A stretch of DNA of 63,956 nt, filler included, from Octopus bimaculoides (Eukaryota), in the NCBI RefSeq assembly GCF_001194135.2. It is 3 parts of 3 records of this genome, joined end to end, with 100 filler letters (N's around TTAATTAATTAA, not from the genome) between each part and the next. Parts side by side here need not be neighbours in the genome. Positions count along the whole stretch, not along the records: positions 50,699 to 63,956 come from NC_068990.1; 2 more parts are not named here. The stretch is one strand, 5' to 3'. Below are positions 52,572 to 63,956 of this stretch, in pieces (positions within the stretch are counted from its first letter, which is position 1; each line of letters begins with the position of its first letter). The translations under genes were made by a program, and so were the position numbers. The notes below the pieces were generated by a model that was not told the origin of the DNA, did no database searches, and worked only from the letters and a program-made list of their open reading frames with translations.

Positions 52572-53559
52572 ATATATATATACATATATATGTATGTGCA
52601 CACATGCAATCACACACCGGCTCACATATGCAGGTACATGTATTGGTATCAACAAACTCGAAACAGGAGCTCGATAACATGTAATAGATGTTTCCGCTGG
52701 GCCATTTGAGAGATTTTCCGGTGTCTTTTTCCAACATTCCTTCGGTTTTCCAGACAATACTAACTAGATAATAGAAGTAGCGAACGTAAATGGAGTGAAA
52801 GACATGAGCGGTTGGATAACATACAGCCCAAAGTAAAAAAAAGAAAAGCGACAAAGAAAAGAAAAAAGATTCCTTGTAAACAACTGATGGGGATTCTATC
52901 TCTGCTGATGGTCTAACACAGCTTGAAACGACTACTGTTGGTGCCTTGTTATCACCACAGAATGTGAAACACGTAGCAATGTATGTATCTGTTCCTACGA
53001 CACAATTAAAGTGTATGTTGAGTGGAGAAGTAAAATTTACATTTCAAATTATCAGAAGCAAAATATATGTACTGAAGCCAATTAACATTCAATTATTCCT
53101 TTTGTCTGAGCATTCAGTTTTATTCAAACTCAACGTTTATACTTGCATTTGTTTCTACACGTTATAATCAGCTATAAGCTAATCGTCTTTATTTTTCCCC
53201 TGATAACCTTTAAGCAAAACAACAAACTACAGATCTCTCCTAGAAACCTACCCACGAAAAGTTTTATAGTTTAACCTCTTCGCTTTCTTTACAGAGTGAT
53301 GATAAAACGTTTGTTTAAAATATTTACTTTACTTTTCAAATTTTCTACAAAAGCTGTGTTGTGCAATATTAATTAATATATTGCATGATTAATTAATTTT
53401 TCTCCTAAATGTCTTGTTAAATCTACACCGCTAAGTAATTAATCGCAGACATGTATATAGTTTGGTGCAATCATCAAAGACAGTATAGAGTTTGAATGGA
53501 TTTAATACCAGCGTGCCAAAGTATGTAAAGTTTGGTCGTCATCTAATGCATTCTCACTT

Positions 53560-53760
53560 AACACACTTTTGTTACCATATTTCTGTTTAAATACACTGCT
53601 TTGTTTCAATTAATTTTATATATAATGAAGGATTTAGTGAAATAAATATGTCATTATTAAACTGATGTTTGGAATTTTAATTAACATGACATTTTCTAGG
53701 AAGATTTTAATGTAGATCGGTTTAAAACGAGCATTTTGTATCATAAATCCAGGATCGGTC
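53560..53760 (+). repeat. AT-rich dispersed repeat (family F), related copy at 54735-54960
   Basis: Shared gaa[a/g]taa[c]t[a/t]tgtcattat.aaac.g.t.t..gga..., gaa.attt.atg. Confidence 0.55.
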
Positions 53761-53870
53761 TTGAGCGGATTGATGTAAAGAAAACCCTATTTTGATGATG
53801 TCGTCTGGGATTTACTGTGGTTAAATTACAATGTGACTGGATGATCACGGATGGGATGCGTTTGATCGTA

Positions 53871-54425
53871 CGAGGGTGAGTCAAAAGGTAATGCGATTTT
53901 GTTTAGAACAGGTATAATTACCAACACAGGAACAGGTATCATACATCGAAATGAAGCTGGTCCTCTGTAGATCACATCCCTACTTCTCAACATAGTCAAC
54001 GTTCCTCACAACAGCAATGTTCCACATGCGAATGAGAGCATGTATCCCTGCCCCGTAAAACTCTGTTGACTGTTCTTTGAGTCACTTCTTCACTATCTCC
54101 ACACTCACCAAATTTAGCGCCTTCAGACTATCTTCGCTTCGGCGCCACGAAAGGGGGTTTGACAGGAAAACATTATTCCAGTGACGAGGAAGTGAAAACT
54201 GTAATGAAGAAGTGTCTCAAAAACAGTCAAAAGAATTTTATATGGTAGGGATACATGCTCTCATTCGAAGGTGGAGCATTGCTATTGAGAGAAACGGTGA
54301 CTATGTTGAGAAGTAGGGATGTGATCCACACGGGACCAACTTCATTTTGATGTAAGATACATGTTCCTGTGTTGGTAATTATACCTGTCCTAAACAAAAT
54401 GGCATTACTTTTTGACTCACCCTCA
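53871..54425. mobile_element. Palindromic (foldback) mariner derivative with about 220-bp inverted arms
   Basis: TA|cgagggtgagtcaaaaggtaatgc ... gcattactttttgactcaccctca|TA. Both arms carry the transposase 3' end (GIHALIRRWSIAIERNGDYVEK*), and the centre carries APSDY...GKHYSSDEEVK. Confidence 0.93.
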
Positions 54426-54529
54426 TAGATCTGCTTTATCATTCTGTTACCGTATTTCGATTTTTTTGGGGGAAAAAAGAAGTTAATAAAATAACAAATA
54501 TTATGAAGCTGTTATTTCAAGGTATCGAG

Positions 54530-54730
54530 CCGACAGAGTCATTAGCACACCAAAGAAAAAGCTTCGCGGCATTTTGTCAGTCTTTGCATTCCGTGTTCCA
54601 ATTCTGCCGAGGTCGATTTTCCTTTCATTCTCTCGGCGTCCATAAAATAATATTTTCCTATCATTAAGCTCAATATAGATTTACGTCTTCCTTGACAACA
54701 TTTTTGGCCATGTGCCAAAATTTGAAACTA
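54530..54730 (+). mobile_element. SINE family A copy (decayed)
   Basis: acagagtcattagcac...ttctgccgaggtcgattttcctttcattc...ggccatgtgccaaaatttgaaac. Confidence 0.75.
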
Positions 54731-55876
54731 TTATCGAGATACTGTTTGGAACATGACTGAACAAGAAATTTTCGTTGAAGGTTTTGTTGAACTACTTTAT
54801 TTTGTCTTCAATTAATTTTAAAAACAGAATGAAGATTTTATGGAAATAACTTTGTCATTATCAAACGGGTAACTGGAAAATAAATTAGCAAGAAATTATG
54901 ATGAAAGTTCTTAATTTAATCACTTTCAACAAAAAATTTATATCATAGATTCAAGGACACTTTATCGAGGTAGGTATCAAAAATGTTAAATTATTCGCCT
55001 CCATTGGAAATTGATATAATATAAATTAATATAGTTCAGAAAATATGCCCACATGATCATGCGCGCGCACACACAACATTATAGCGAATAAAATCAGCAG
55101 CTTTTCTTTTGAATTGAAATTTGAAACACCGTCACGAAATTTGGAATCTTGATAATGCTGGAATCTAAAAGCGATGCGATTAATAAAATACAGCTTTGAT
55201 TATTTTTTTTTCTCTGAATATTTGATTTTTCAAAAATCTTTGTGAAAAACTGAAAGAAGTACAGGAACAGTTTGAATAAACGACGAACAGATATATCGTG
55301 TGCTTTAGTCGTGTCTCAAAGCATATGTGATAATAAGTTTATTTTGCTGTATCAGCAGCAACTATGCTTTCAGAATTTCTATTTTCCTGACAACCAAAGG
55401 GTAGAAAGTAGGGGATTAAGAACCCTTCTTTAACCGGAATGTAATCAATGTAAAAACTTATCCAATAATTTGCAAGATATTTTAGATAATACAGTTTCTC
55501 TAGTTCTCGCTTAATTTTCCCAAACGTATGAATGTAATTTTTCCACAGTTATGCCTGTAATAAGTTAATGTGATGAATTAATTCTTAATTTCTTTCAAGA
55601 ATTATAATTTTCCTCCTTTATTTTATTTTGTTTGAAAGTGAATAACAATTGCCACCAATGTTTTTAGATTATTCCCTCTGTAACTTTATGTGAGATTTCA
55701 ATACTTAAAGATTTAAGAACGTAGGAAAGGAAATCTATGCATTCCTATTTTCTTAATTCTCCATTTTCATGCCATTTATTTTCCTCGAATTATTTCTATC
55801 GACTCGTTATATTTTTAATTTCAATTGCCCAAAATATTCACCGGCATATATATACGTAACCCTTATTCAATAATTA

Positions 55877-55987
55877 GGTATACGTAACTCGCCTTTTTAT
55901 AATGTCCGGTCACTTACGAGTGCTACTGGCAACATTTGATCCAATACAACCTGTTGCATGCTCAGGTCGTCGGCGACTAAACCGGCA
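55877..55987 (+). ncRNA. Degenerate HDV-like ribozyme fold, probable RTE LINE 5' end
   Basis: P2 CCGGT(55906-10)/ACCGG(55981-85), P3 CAC/GTG, L3 TTACGA, GG at 55928-29, J4/2 CTAA (55977-80), P4 CAACCTG/CAGGTCG. P1 only 4 bp (GGTA/TACT). Confidence 0.45.
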
Positions 55988-56559
55988 ACTTTGATGCGTA
56001 CGTTGATTTAGACACCCTGCGGGATGAAAAACAAGACAAGTCAAAGAGTGGAAGAACTCTTAAGAGTCAACGGTCATCCAACATTGTGTATATCGATGAA
56101 TTAACCTCAATGACGAAGATTGTCCGAGCCAGAGTCACGGTTAAATCATTAGGAGCAGCATGGTGGATGTGAATCTGGGTATTTTGATCTTCATTTCGCA
56201 AAACTACACGGCACAGTCTGGGCGTAAGAACTTCTTCAGCCAACGGTCAAAGATCAACCAATCCAGTTAGCATATTACTGCCATTTGATAGCACTGACCG
56301 TGCATCAACTCACTTTAGTGAGTTGGAAACATTATGGAGTTCTGGAATCACGTAGTGTCACCTATCAGAGTTGAATGACGAGTAAAAAGCTTACTTTTAA
56401 GAGTTAATAATCGAGGCACTAATCTACTGATCTAGTAGGTTGTCATAAATACGTCCATTTCTAAAGTTATTTGAATGAACTCGAATAATATTTCTATCGT
56501 GGTGTTTAATGGTGTTTTGTTTCTCTATTCTTCCTCAGCAACTTTTGCCGGTAGATTTT

Positions 56560-56970
56560 GAAAGTTGAATGAATTTAACCTCCTTTCATACATAATGGCG
56601 ATGTAATGCAACCTTCGTCAACACGACAATGCTCGACCTCACATTGCTAATTTGGCCAAAAGTGTTCGGTTGTGAAGTGTTACTGCACAAGCTGCGCCTG
56701 GTATAATGCCTTCAGAATATTACATAGTTCGATCGCTCTCCAACAGTGTACGAGGCATTTAGTTCAATAACGACGTGGAACTGAAAATATGGTTCGATGA
56801 GTCTTTCAAATTAAGACCGGTGTTTTGTAATGGCAGAGTATTGACAACTTTGGCGAGAGTTGAAAAGGAGTCGTGAACAATGAAGAATAATAAATTACTA
56901 ATTGATTTGTTAAAATTGTTGATGAAAAATGGGAACGCAACCGATGAATTTCATCTGACAATCCAATATA
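56560..56970 (+). mobile_element. Mariner transposase 3' relic with TIR-like end
   Basis: LRQHDNARPHIANLAK (HDNA motif), PSEYYIVRSLSN, FNNDVELKIWFDE. Ends ...atctgacaatccaata|TA, as mariner TIRs do. Confidence 0.85.
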
Positions 56971-56987
56971 TTCTGGAGTAAACTGTA

Positions 56988-57039
56988 CAACGCTGACGAA
57001 GTAAGTTATACCGAAACATTTATTGATAGATGTCTCTTG
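56988..57039 (+). ncRNA. Type I hammerhead ribozyme motif (near-canonical, stem I partly decayed)
   Basis: CTGACGA (56993-99), stem II GTA/TAC with an A.C at 10.1/11.1, GAAA (57013-16), 7-bp stem III ACATTTA/TAGATGT with TTGA loop, GTC cleavage triplet (C57034), stem I CAA-G/T-TTG. Confidence 0.65.
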
Positions 57040-57649
57040 CCTGCAAACTAAAATCGAACTCTCCTTTTGCTAAACCTTTAAAAATGCCGGCTTTAGTCTT
57101 TCTGATGTTACAAATATATAGCCACTTTCTGGCTATTCCTGTATCAAGCAAAACGCATTATTTATGAGTAAACACGGTGTATTTGTTCACTTCATGTGGG
57201 TTTTATTATTTAGATGTCACAAATCTAATGAACCTGCAAGCGTTTGTAATTATTATTAATATCTCAAAGCAAGTGCATGTTCAGCGCAGCATTTCATCTT
57301 GCTAGGAAGCCACAACATATCTGGAAATGAATAACGCTTGTTCTTTCTCTGTAGAAAACTAACATTATGTATTACGCAGCGTGTCAGTTAATATTTATGC
57401 TGTGGATATTCAGCCTCAGTGGAATCCATTAGCCTGGTAATGGATATAAGCTTAATGATCGCTATCTCTCACTTTGTTTCATTCTATAATAACTGGTGTA
57501 CATTACTTAGAGTCACTCCCAGCATTACTGATTTATCTGGGCTTTTGTTTGATCAATAAGCTTTCGAGGCCATAACAACTGGATGACTTTTCTAGTCTCC
57601 ATGCACAAAAACACACACAGATATACGCACACACATATATTACTCTGTA

Positions 57650-57706
<57 letters not shown>

Positions 57707-58339
57707 NNNNNNNNNNNNNNNNNNNNNNNNNNNNNNNNNNNNNNNNNNNNNNNNNNNNNNNNNNNNNNNNNNNNNNNNNNNNNNNNNNNNNNNNNNNNNN
57801 NNNNNNNNNNNNNNNNNNNNNNNNNNNNNNNNNNNNNNNNNNNNNNNNNNNNNNNNNNNNNNNNNNNNNNNNNNNNNNNNNNNNNNNNNNNNNNNNNNNN
57901 NNNNNNNNNNNNNNNNNNNNNNNNNNNNNNNNNNNNNNNNNNNNNNNNNNNNNNNNNNNNNNNNNNNNNNNNNNNNNNNNNNNNNNNNNNNNNNNNNNNN
58001 NNNNNNNNNNNNNNNNNNNNNNNNNNNNNNNNNNNNNNNNNNNNNNNNNNNNNNNNNNNNNNNNNNNNNNNNTTACTCTTAATACATTTCTGTTATGTAT
58101 TAAGGCGGAGAGTCCACAGAATTCTTAAAGCGTCGAACAAACGATAGAGAGATGTTTCTTAAGATATTTTATATCCTGCGTTCTTATTCTGCCAAGTCAA
58201 ATTAAACTTCCTTACTTTCTTGATCGATAAAATAAAATATCAGACTAGTATTGAGGTCGATATAATTTTATACACACACACACACACGCACGCACACACA
58301 CACGCGCACACACACACACATACACACACACACACACAT

Positions 58340-58375
<36 letters not shown>

Positions 58376-58659
58376 ACACATGTGTATATGATATATAAGT
58401 TGACTTAAGATTTGAAGTATAGTAGCAGGAGTCGGAGATTTCTATGGTCGTGTACATTCTCTGATTCATCGAATACTCTGCCAGGTCTCAATGCTCAGCT
58501 TCGTGCCTTTGGTCTCCCTATTAACTTGGTATTTTCTTTAGAAGCAGAAATAGGATATGCCTCAATACTTACGAATCCATAAACCCGTATCTTTATAGGT
58601 CCATTGACAAAGCCAGATGTTTGTGCTCTACGTCTTGAGACAAGATGTAATTTGAAATT

Positions 58660-59350
58660 GTTAGTTTAGAGGTGTTTACAAGGAAGCTTGTTTTCTGGAT
58701 GATTCTTGAAGAATATTATATACCAGTCATCACATGTGTTGTTTATCAGTGAATCTATTATTTTAATGACTAAGAAAATGATGCAATGGATTTTGGATTG
58801 AGAAGAATTAAAGAACTTGACGGTGGTGGAGCATCTGGTGATTGCAAAGGTCTGAATATGTTGAAAATTTGTAGTGAAAACACTTTGCACCAGCTATACA
58901 AGGTGATAGTCGTTTACAGGTAGGAGTGAAAAGGAGCGTCCTGTGTCACACCTGTGGAGCTGAATAACACTTCTAGAGACTGCACGCCTGAACGGAGAAA
59001 GAACGGAGGCGGGACTTGAAAACATGACGTAAAAGTCATCCACACATTTCCTTAACAAGAAGCAGAGCATTTTAGAATATACACGGTCCATGTTGAGAAT
59101 ATAAATAGTTGCCGGAGATACATATTTTGCTGCTCAACGTATATATGTCAGTGCAGATATGGCTGCTCTAAACGAGACCAGTTACATAGAGAACACTGTT
59201 AATGAGATTGCTGAGGGCTATACGTTTCACAAAGAAGTTTGTTCCACAGAAGAGCCTTACCAAGGCGTTAAGGCCTTTGTTGTGAGAAACAAACCAAACG
59301 GTTGGCCGTTCTCTGAACCTACAGAAACATCGGTTGACATTAATAGGTGA
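58660..59350 (-). mobile_element. Probable decayed Penelope-like element RT region
   Basis: Motif-like remnants in the expected order and spacing: LLMSTDVS (cf. SFDV), LRKCVDDFYVMFSS (cf. YxRYVDDxF, VDD at 59035-59043), FTTxxxxxTF (cf. FxTSVYRKPTF), FKNHPEN (cf. NGYP). Many frameshifts. Confidence 0.45.
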
Positions 59351-59868
59351 TTATATGAGGACATTTAGTCCTCATATAAGAGAACATTGTGTCACACCAC
59401 TGAGTGATTGTGCATCAACCCTGCCATGGGGAATTGATACAGAATCTAGACTTACCAGGCATTAGATTAAGCTGTAGAGAAGCTTCCCGATTCAGGTACG
59501 CTAAAGCTGATTATCATGCAAGTATAAAGAAATAATAATAATAAATAAAACCGGCGTCGAATGACCGATAGCGACAGGGTTGGAAAACTGACAGTAATGG
59601 CTGGTAACTTATATAGTGTGTGTTGTATACAAAACCACCACTGGCAAAAGCTTTATTTATCATCAAACGAGACAAACTGTCATATAAACAGTCTAGACAC
59701 AAAATCTGACACCCTATTGGCTTCATCATTTCCACGAAGATAGATTTTTCAAAGACGCTCTGCTCACTTGAAAGATAAGGAAAAAATAGTTTTGAGTTGG
59801 TCAGCACATGATATAAAAAATCAATTTGTCATTATAGTAGCACCAATTAGCCCAACCCTCCCAGTTGA

Positions 59869-60180
59869 GATACTACAGTGCCAGATGCCACAGCGCCAGA
59901 TGCCACAGCGCCAGATGCCACAGCGCCAGATGCCACAGTGCCAGATGCCACAGTGTCAGATACCACAGCCCTAAATGCCATAGTGCTAGATGCCACAGCG
60001 CCAGATTCCACAGGGCCAGATGTCACAGTAGCAGATACCGCAACGCTAAATGCCATAGCGCCAGATGCCAGACCACCGTATGTCACAGTGTCAGGTGCAG
60101 AACGCCTGATGCCACAGCGTTAGATGCCACAACACCAAATGCTACAGCACCAAATACCACAGCGCCAGATGCCGCAGCCT
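59869..60180. repeat. 15-bp minisatellite (CCAGATGCCACAGCG)n, about 21 units
   Basis: The first 4-5 units are near-perfect, then they diverge progressively. Reads PDATA, SARCH or QMPQR depending on frame. Confidence 0.93.
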
Positions 60181-60186
60181 GCTCGT

Positions 60187-60491
60187 GAAATTAACCGGCA
60201 AGTGGCTGAGCACTCCACAGACACGTGTACCCTTAACGTAGTTCTCGGGGATATTCAGCGTGACACAGTGTGACAAGGCTCACCCTTTCAATTACAGGCA
60301 CAACAGAAACAGGAAGTAAGAGTGAGAGAAAGTTGTGGTGAAAGAATACAGCGGGGTTCGCCACCATCCCCTGCCGGAGCCTCGTGGAGCTTTAGGTGTT
60401 TTCGCTCAATAAACACTCACAACGCCTGGTCTGGGAATCGATCCTATGACCGCGAGTCCGCTGCCGTAACCACTGGGCCATTGCACCTCCA
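60187..60491 (-). mobile_element. SINE family B, full length
   Basis: Reverse head tggaggtgcaatggcccagtggttacggcagcggactcgcggtcataggatcgattcccagacc. Confidence 0.9.
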
Positions 60492-61155
60492 CTAACCCAT
60501 AAGTATTACCATTGAATCCATAACACGCACGCGCGTTCTGTATTTGATTGAATATCTCGTCGTATATCTGACTCGCATTAACTGAATTATTTATTTACCA
60601 GCCTCTAACATATTGGTGAAGAACAACTACACCATAAAAAACAAAACAAAAGACAAAACAAAAAAAAAATTAAATTAAAAACAAAACAAAAAGGAACGTA
60701 TAAGTTCGATAGTAAGGCCTCACTTTCGAGTAGGGTTCAAAATTATGGCAGAAAATGACAATCATCATAACAAGTAGAAGTGAGAGTATATACGAAAAGT
60801 GAAAGTCATCCCCTTCAAACGTTAAATTACATTATTCTTGTCCAAGCGTATGAAAATGAACATGAACGATTGAAATCCTGTGATTTTAAAGTTACACAAA
60901 TGAACATGGCTATCGTCGAAACTATCAACGCGACCATAAGCCGGAAAGCAATAGGATAAATGTATATGCACGTACTTATAAGCATACATGTACATACACA
61001 CATATACAAGCACATACATATATGCATGCACAAACAAACACGTGCATGTAACTACTCGCACATACACCCGTAACACACGCACATATCCAAACATAGGCAT
61101 TTATATACGCTTATGAATACACCTATACACATGCCCCACCATTCTTTCCCCCCAA

Positions 61156-61252
<97 letters not shown>

Positions 61253-61576
61253 CTGTGTGTGTGTATAAATATGTATATACATATATACACATACATATAC
61301 ATATATATACATATATATATATGTNNNNNNNNNNNNNNNNNNNNNNNNNNNNNNNNNNNNNNNNNNNNNNNNNNNNNNNNNNNNNNNNNNNNNNNNNNNN
61401 NNNNNNNNNNNNNNNNNNNNNNNNNNNNNNNNNNNNNNNNNNNNNNNNNNNNNNNNNNNNNNNNNNNNNNNNNNNNNNNNNNNNNNNNNNTATACACGTA
61501 CATATATATATACATATTTATACATATGTAATATATATATATATATACCGGAGTAAGCACGCTGCTTTTAAATAAA

Positions 61577-61651
<75 letters not shown>

Positions 61652-62459
61652 CATGCATGCATGCACACATCGCCATCTATCTATAAATTATTATTTGTAT
61701 TAGTATAATTATTGTTGTTGGTCCATCTGTCATACATATATCATACACATATCGATTTTTGTAATTGATATTTAACATTTTCTTCGCCACTATAAAATGC
61801 ACGTGTGAGTATGAATATAAATACATACACACAGACACAGACATACACATACACACTCATACGCATATATATATATATGTGTTTGTGTGTCCGTATACAT
61901 GCGTGTGTGTCTGTGTGTGTACACGCATATACTGAAATACCTGTAAACTCCAAGCCACACGATTTCCAACTTAACACCCATATATGCAAAACACATCTCT
62001 CAACACATCTCATCTCACATGCACCTATACATTCCTCTCTCTTAACTAGCTATTACTCCTATCTGAAAGAGAGGAAAATTGCTACACCTTTGAAGTTCAC
62101 TAGAATCATTAAATAACCATTTCCATAGCGCCGAGAAAAATATATCTGCTTCATCATCTTCCTATGGAAAAATGACGTAATAATTCTTTATAACGGATTC
62201 AAGAATCTTTCAGATAACTTCATTTTGACATTTACTTAGAATATAATTCTCTTTTATCTAAGAGAGCTGAATTAAGTGAATTGATTTAATTTCAATTCTT
62301 AAATCTGCAGAGGGAGGTAAGTTGAAAGACTTGTTAAAACGTTGATTTAAATGCTTTTGAAGAACTTGGATCGATGCATTGAGAGCCTGAGATCAAATTT
62401 CAATGGTTCCTAAGACCACTTTCACAATCTGCGTTTTTTCTAATAAAGTTTCAGGCCTA

Positions 62460-62785
62460 CTAAAGTTTTGCGAGTAGATTTGGTAGATGGAAACTGAAAG
62501 AAGCCCGTTGCACATCCAAACATACGTGTGTGTGTGTGTGTGTGTGTTTGTGTGTCTATGAGTGTGTGTGCGTGTGTGCGTCTTTGAACCTGTCTTTGTG
62601 ACACGTCACTGTTTGACAACCGGTGTAGTTGTGTTCACGTTACCGTAACATAGCAGATCGACAAAAGGTGCAGATAGAATAAGAATCAGGTGTAGAGGAA
62701 AATAATTACTGCGGTCGATTGGTTTGACTAAAAACTGTTCAAGGCATGGTCGCAATCTAATGATTGAAACGAGCAAAAGATGCAA
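62460..62785 (+). mobile_element. SINE family C, 5'-truncated
   Basis: gatttggtagatggaaactgaaagaagcccg-(GT)n-...gactaaaaa...atgattgaaac. Confidence 0.8.
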
Positions 62786-63014
62786 ATTATAATATCCAGC
62801 GTCCAAATAAGTCTGTAGAACAATACCAAGATCAACGTAAATAACATGAAAGACTTACAAATGAGATTACTTTACAGAAAGTTTAAAAATAGCCAAGCAT
62901 TTTATTTCTCCACCAAAATGGCATTGGCCAGAGAATTACCATAACAAATCAAGAACATTGGCTTAGAAACGGTAATCCTTGACTTTCCTAGTGTGTTGGT
63001 GTTAAAGTCTGTCA

Positions 63015-63352
63015 CTTTTTATGTCTTATTTGATTCAGCCATCAGACTGAAGCCATACTGGGGCACCGCTTTGAAGAATTTTTTTTTAAGCCTGATACTC
63101 TGGCGGTTTCTTTTGCTGAACTGCTACATTACGGAGACGTTAACAGCACCAATACCGCTTGTGAAGCTGTGGTGGGGGAGGGGCAAAGATACAAACACAT
63201 ACAAATATGTATTTATATACCAAATCTACCCACAAGGCACTGTGGTCGGCCCGAGGCTACAGTAGAAGAAACTTACCCAAGGTGCCAAGCAGTAGGACTG
63301 AACCCAGAACCATGTGGCTAGGAAGCCATCTTCTTACCACACAGCCATGCTT
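63015..63352 (-). mobile_element. SINE family C, near full length
   Basis: ggcaccgctttgaaga...acttacccaaggtgccaagcagtaggactgaacccagaaccatgtgg...accacacagccat. Confidence 0.88.
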
Positions 63353-63464
63353 GTTGTTGTTGTTGTCGTCCTAGTTGTTGTTGCTTGTTTGAAGTTCATT
63401 AGTTATGTAAAAGGGAAAACGTGTGTTCCTTAATTCTTACGGTTTATTATCGTAAACTAATATA

Positions 63465-63555
63465 AGTACAACAGCAACAACAAAAGAAGAACAATAACAA
63501 TGATGACGACGATGACGACGTTTGTGACGACAATGATGATGATGGTGGTGATGAT
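63465..63555. repeat. Degenerate (CAA)/(GAT)/(GAC) triplet repeat
   Basis: Direct reading. Source of the poly-H ORF. Confidence 0.85.
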
Positions 63556-63956
63556 GAAAAGGAAACAGGACTGCAATAAGAGTAACAGCAACAATATTTA
63601 TTATAATGATTTCTTTTATTAGCCACGAGTTCCCCAAAGATGGCAGATAACATAAAATGATGACACATCTGGTGTCGCTACAAAGCCGACCTCTCTTCTA
63701 ACAACACCCTGGGACCTGCTTTGACTTATGGCAGTCCATTTACCAACAACCCTCACGGACGCCCAGCAGCAATCTTGGATTTCCAGTAATTCTTTACTCG
63801 ATAAGCTAAGGCCTCAACAGACCGTGTTTCATTTGGAAGCCAAATGAATCTGTTTTCAACATATGTATGTATGTATGTATGTATATATGTATGTATGTAT
63901 GTATGCATGTATGTATGTATGTATGTTTGTATATATATATATATATATATATATAT

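Noticed and set aside
59159-59350. Plus-strand 63-aa ORF MAALNETSY...
   Set aside because: Overlaps antisense to the probable PLE RT relic, no independent support.

Overview
Repeat-dense, AT-rich animal genomic DNA broken by about 20 N-gaps that mostly sit in microsatellites. The tRNA-derived SINE repertoire and very high microsatellite load suggest an octopus-type cephalopod draft assembly (inference, not proven). I cannot recognise any intact protein-coding gene. Nearly all entries in the ORF track are microsatellite or gap artefacts, or decayed transposon frames, so the window is probably intronic or intergenic, with a few unverified exon candidates. Supported content: (1) at least five dispersed SINE-like families (my labels A-E, about 35 copies); (2) three mariner transposase relics; (3) a 555-bp palindromic mariner derivative and two TA-flanked MITEs; (4) an RTE LINE 3' end; (5) a probable decayed Penelope-like RT; (6) an unclassified repeat present three times in an inverted cluster; (7) a 15-bp minisatellite. 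The most interesting signals are a near-canonical type I hammerhead ribozyme fold (56988-57039), a degenerate HDV-like ribozyme fold about 1 kb upstream (55877-55987), an RFX X-box cluster plus CCAAT box (23160-23300), a perfect 33-bp hairpin built from a mariner TIR (5433-5503), and a diverged CpG-rich direct-repeat pair (51893-52571). Folds and alignments were done by eye, and repeat boundaries are approximate unless stated.
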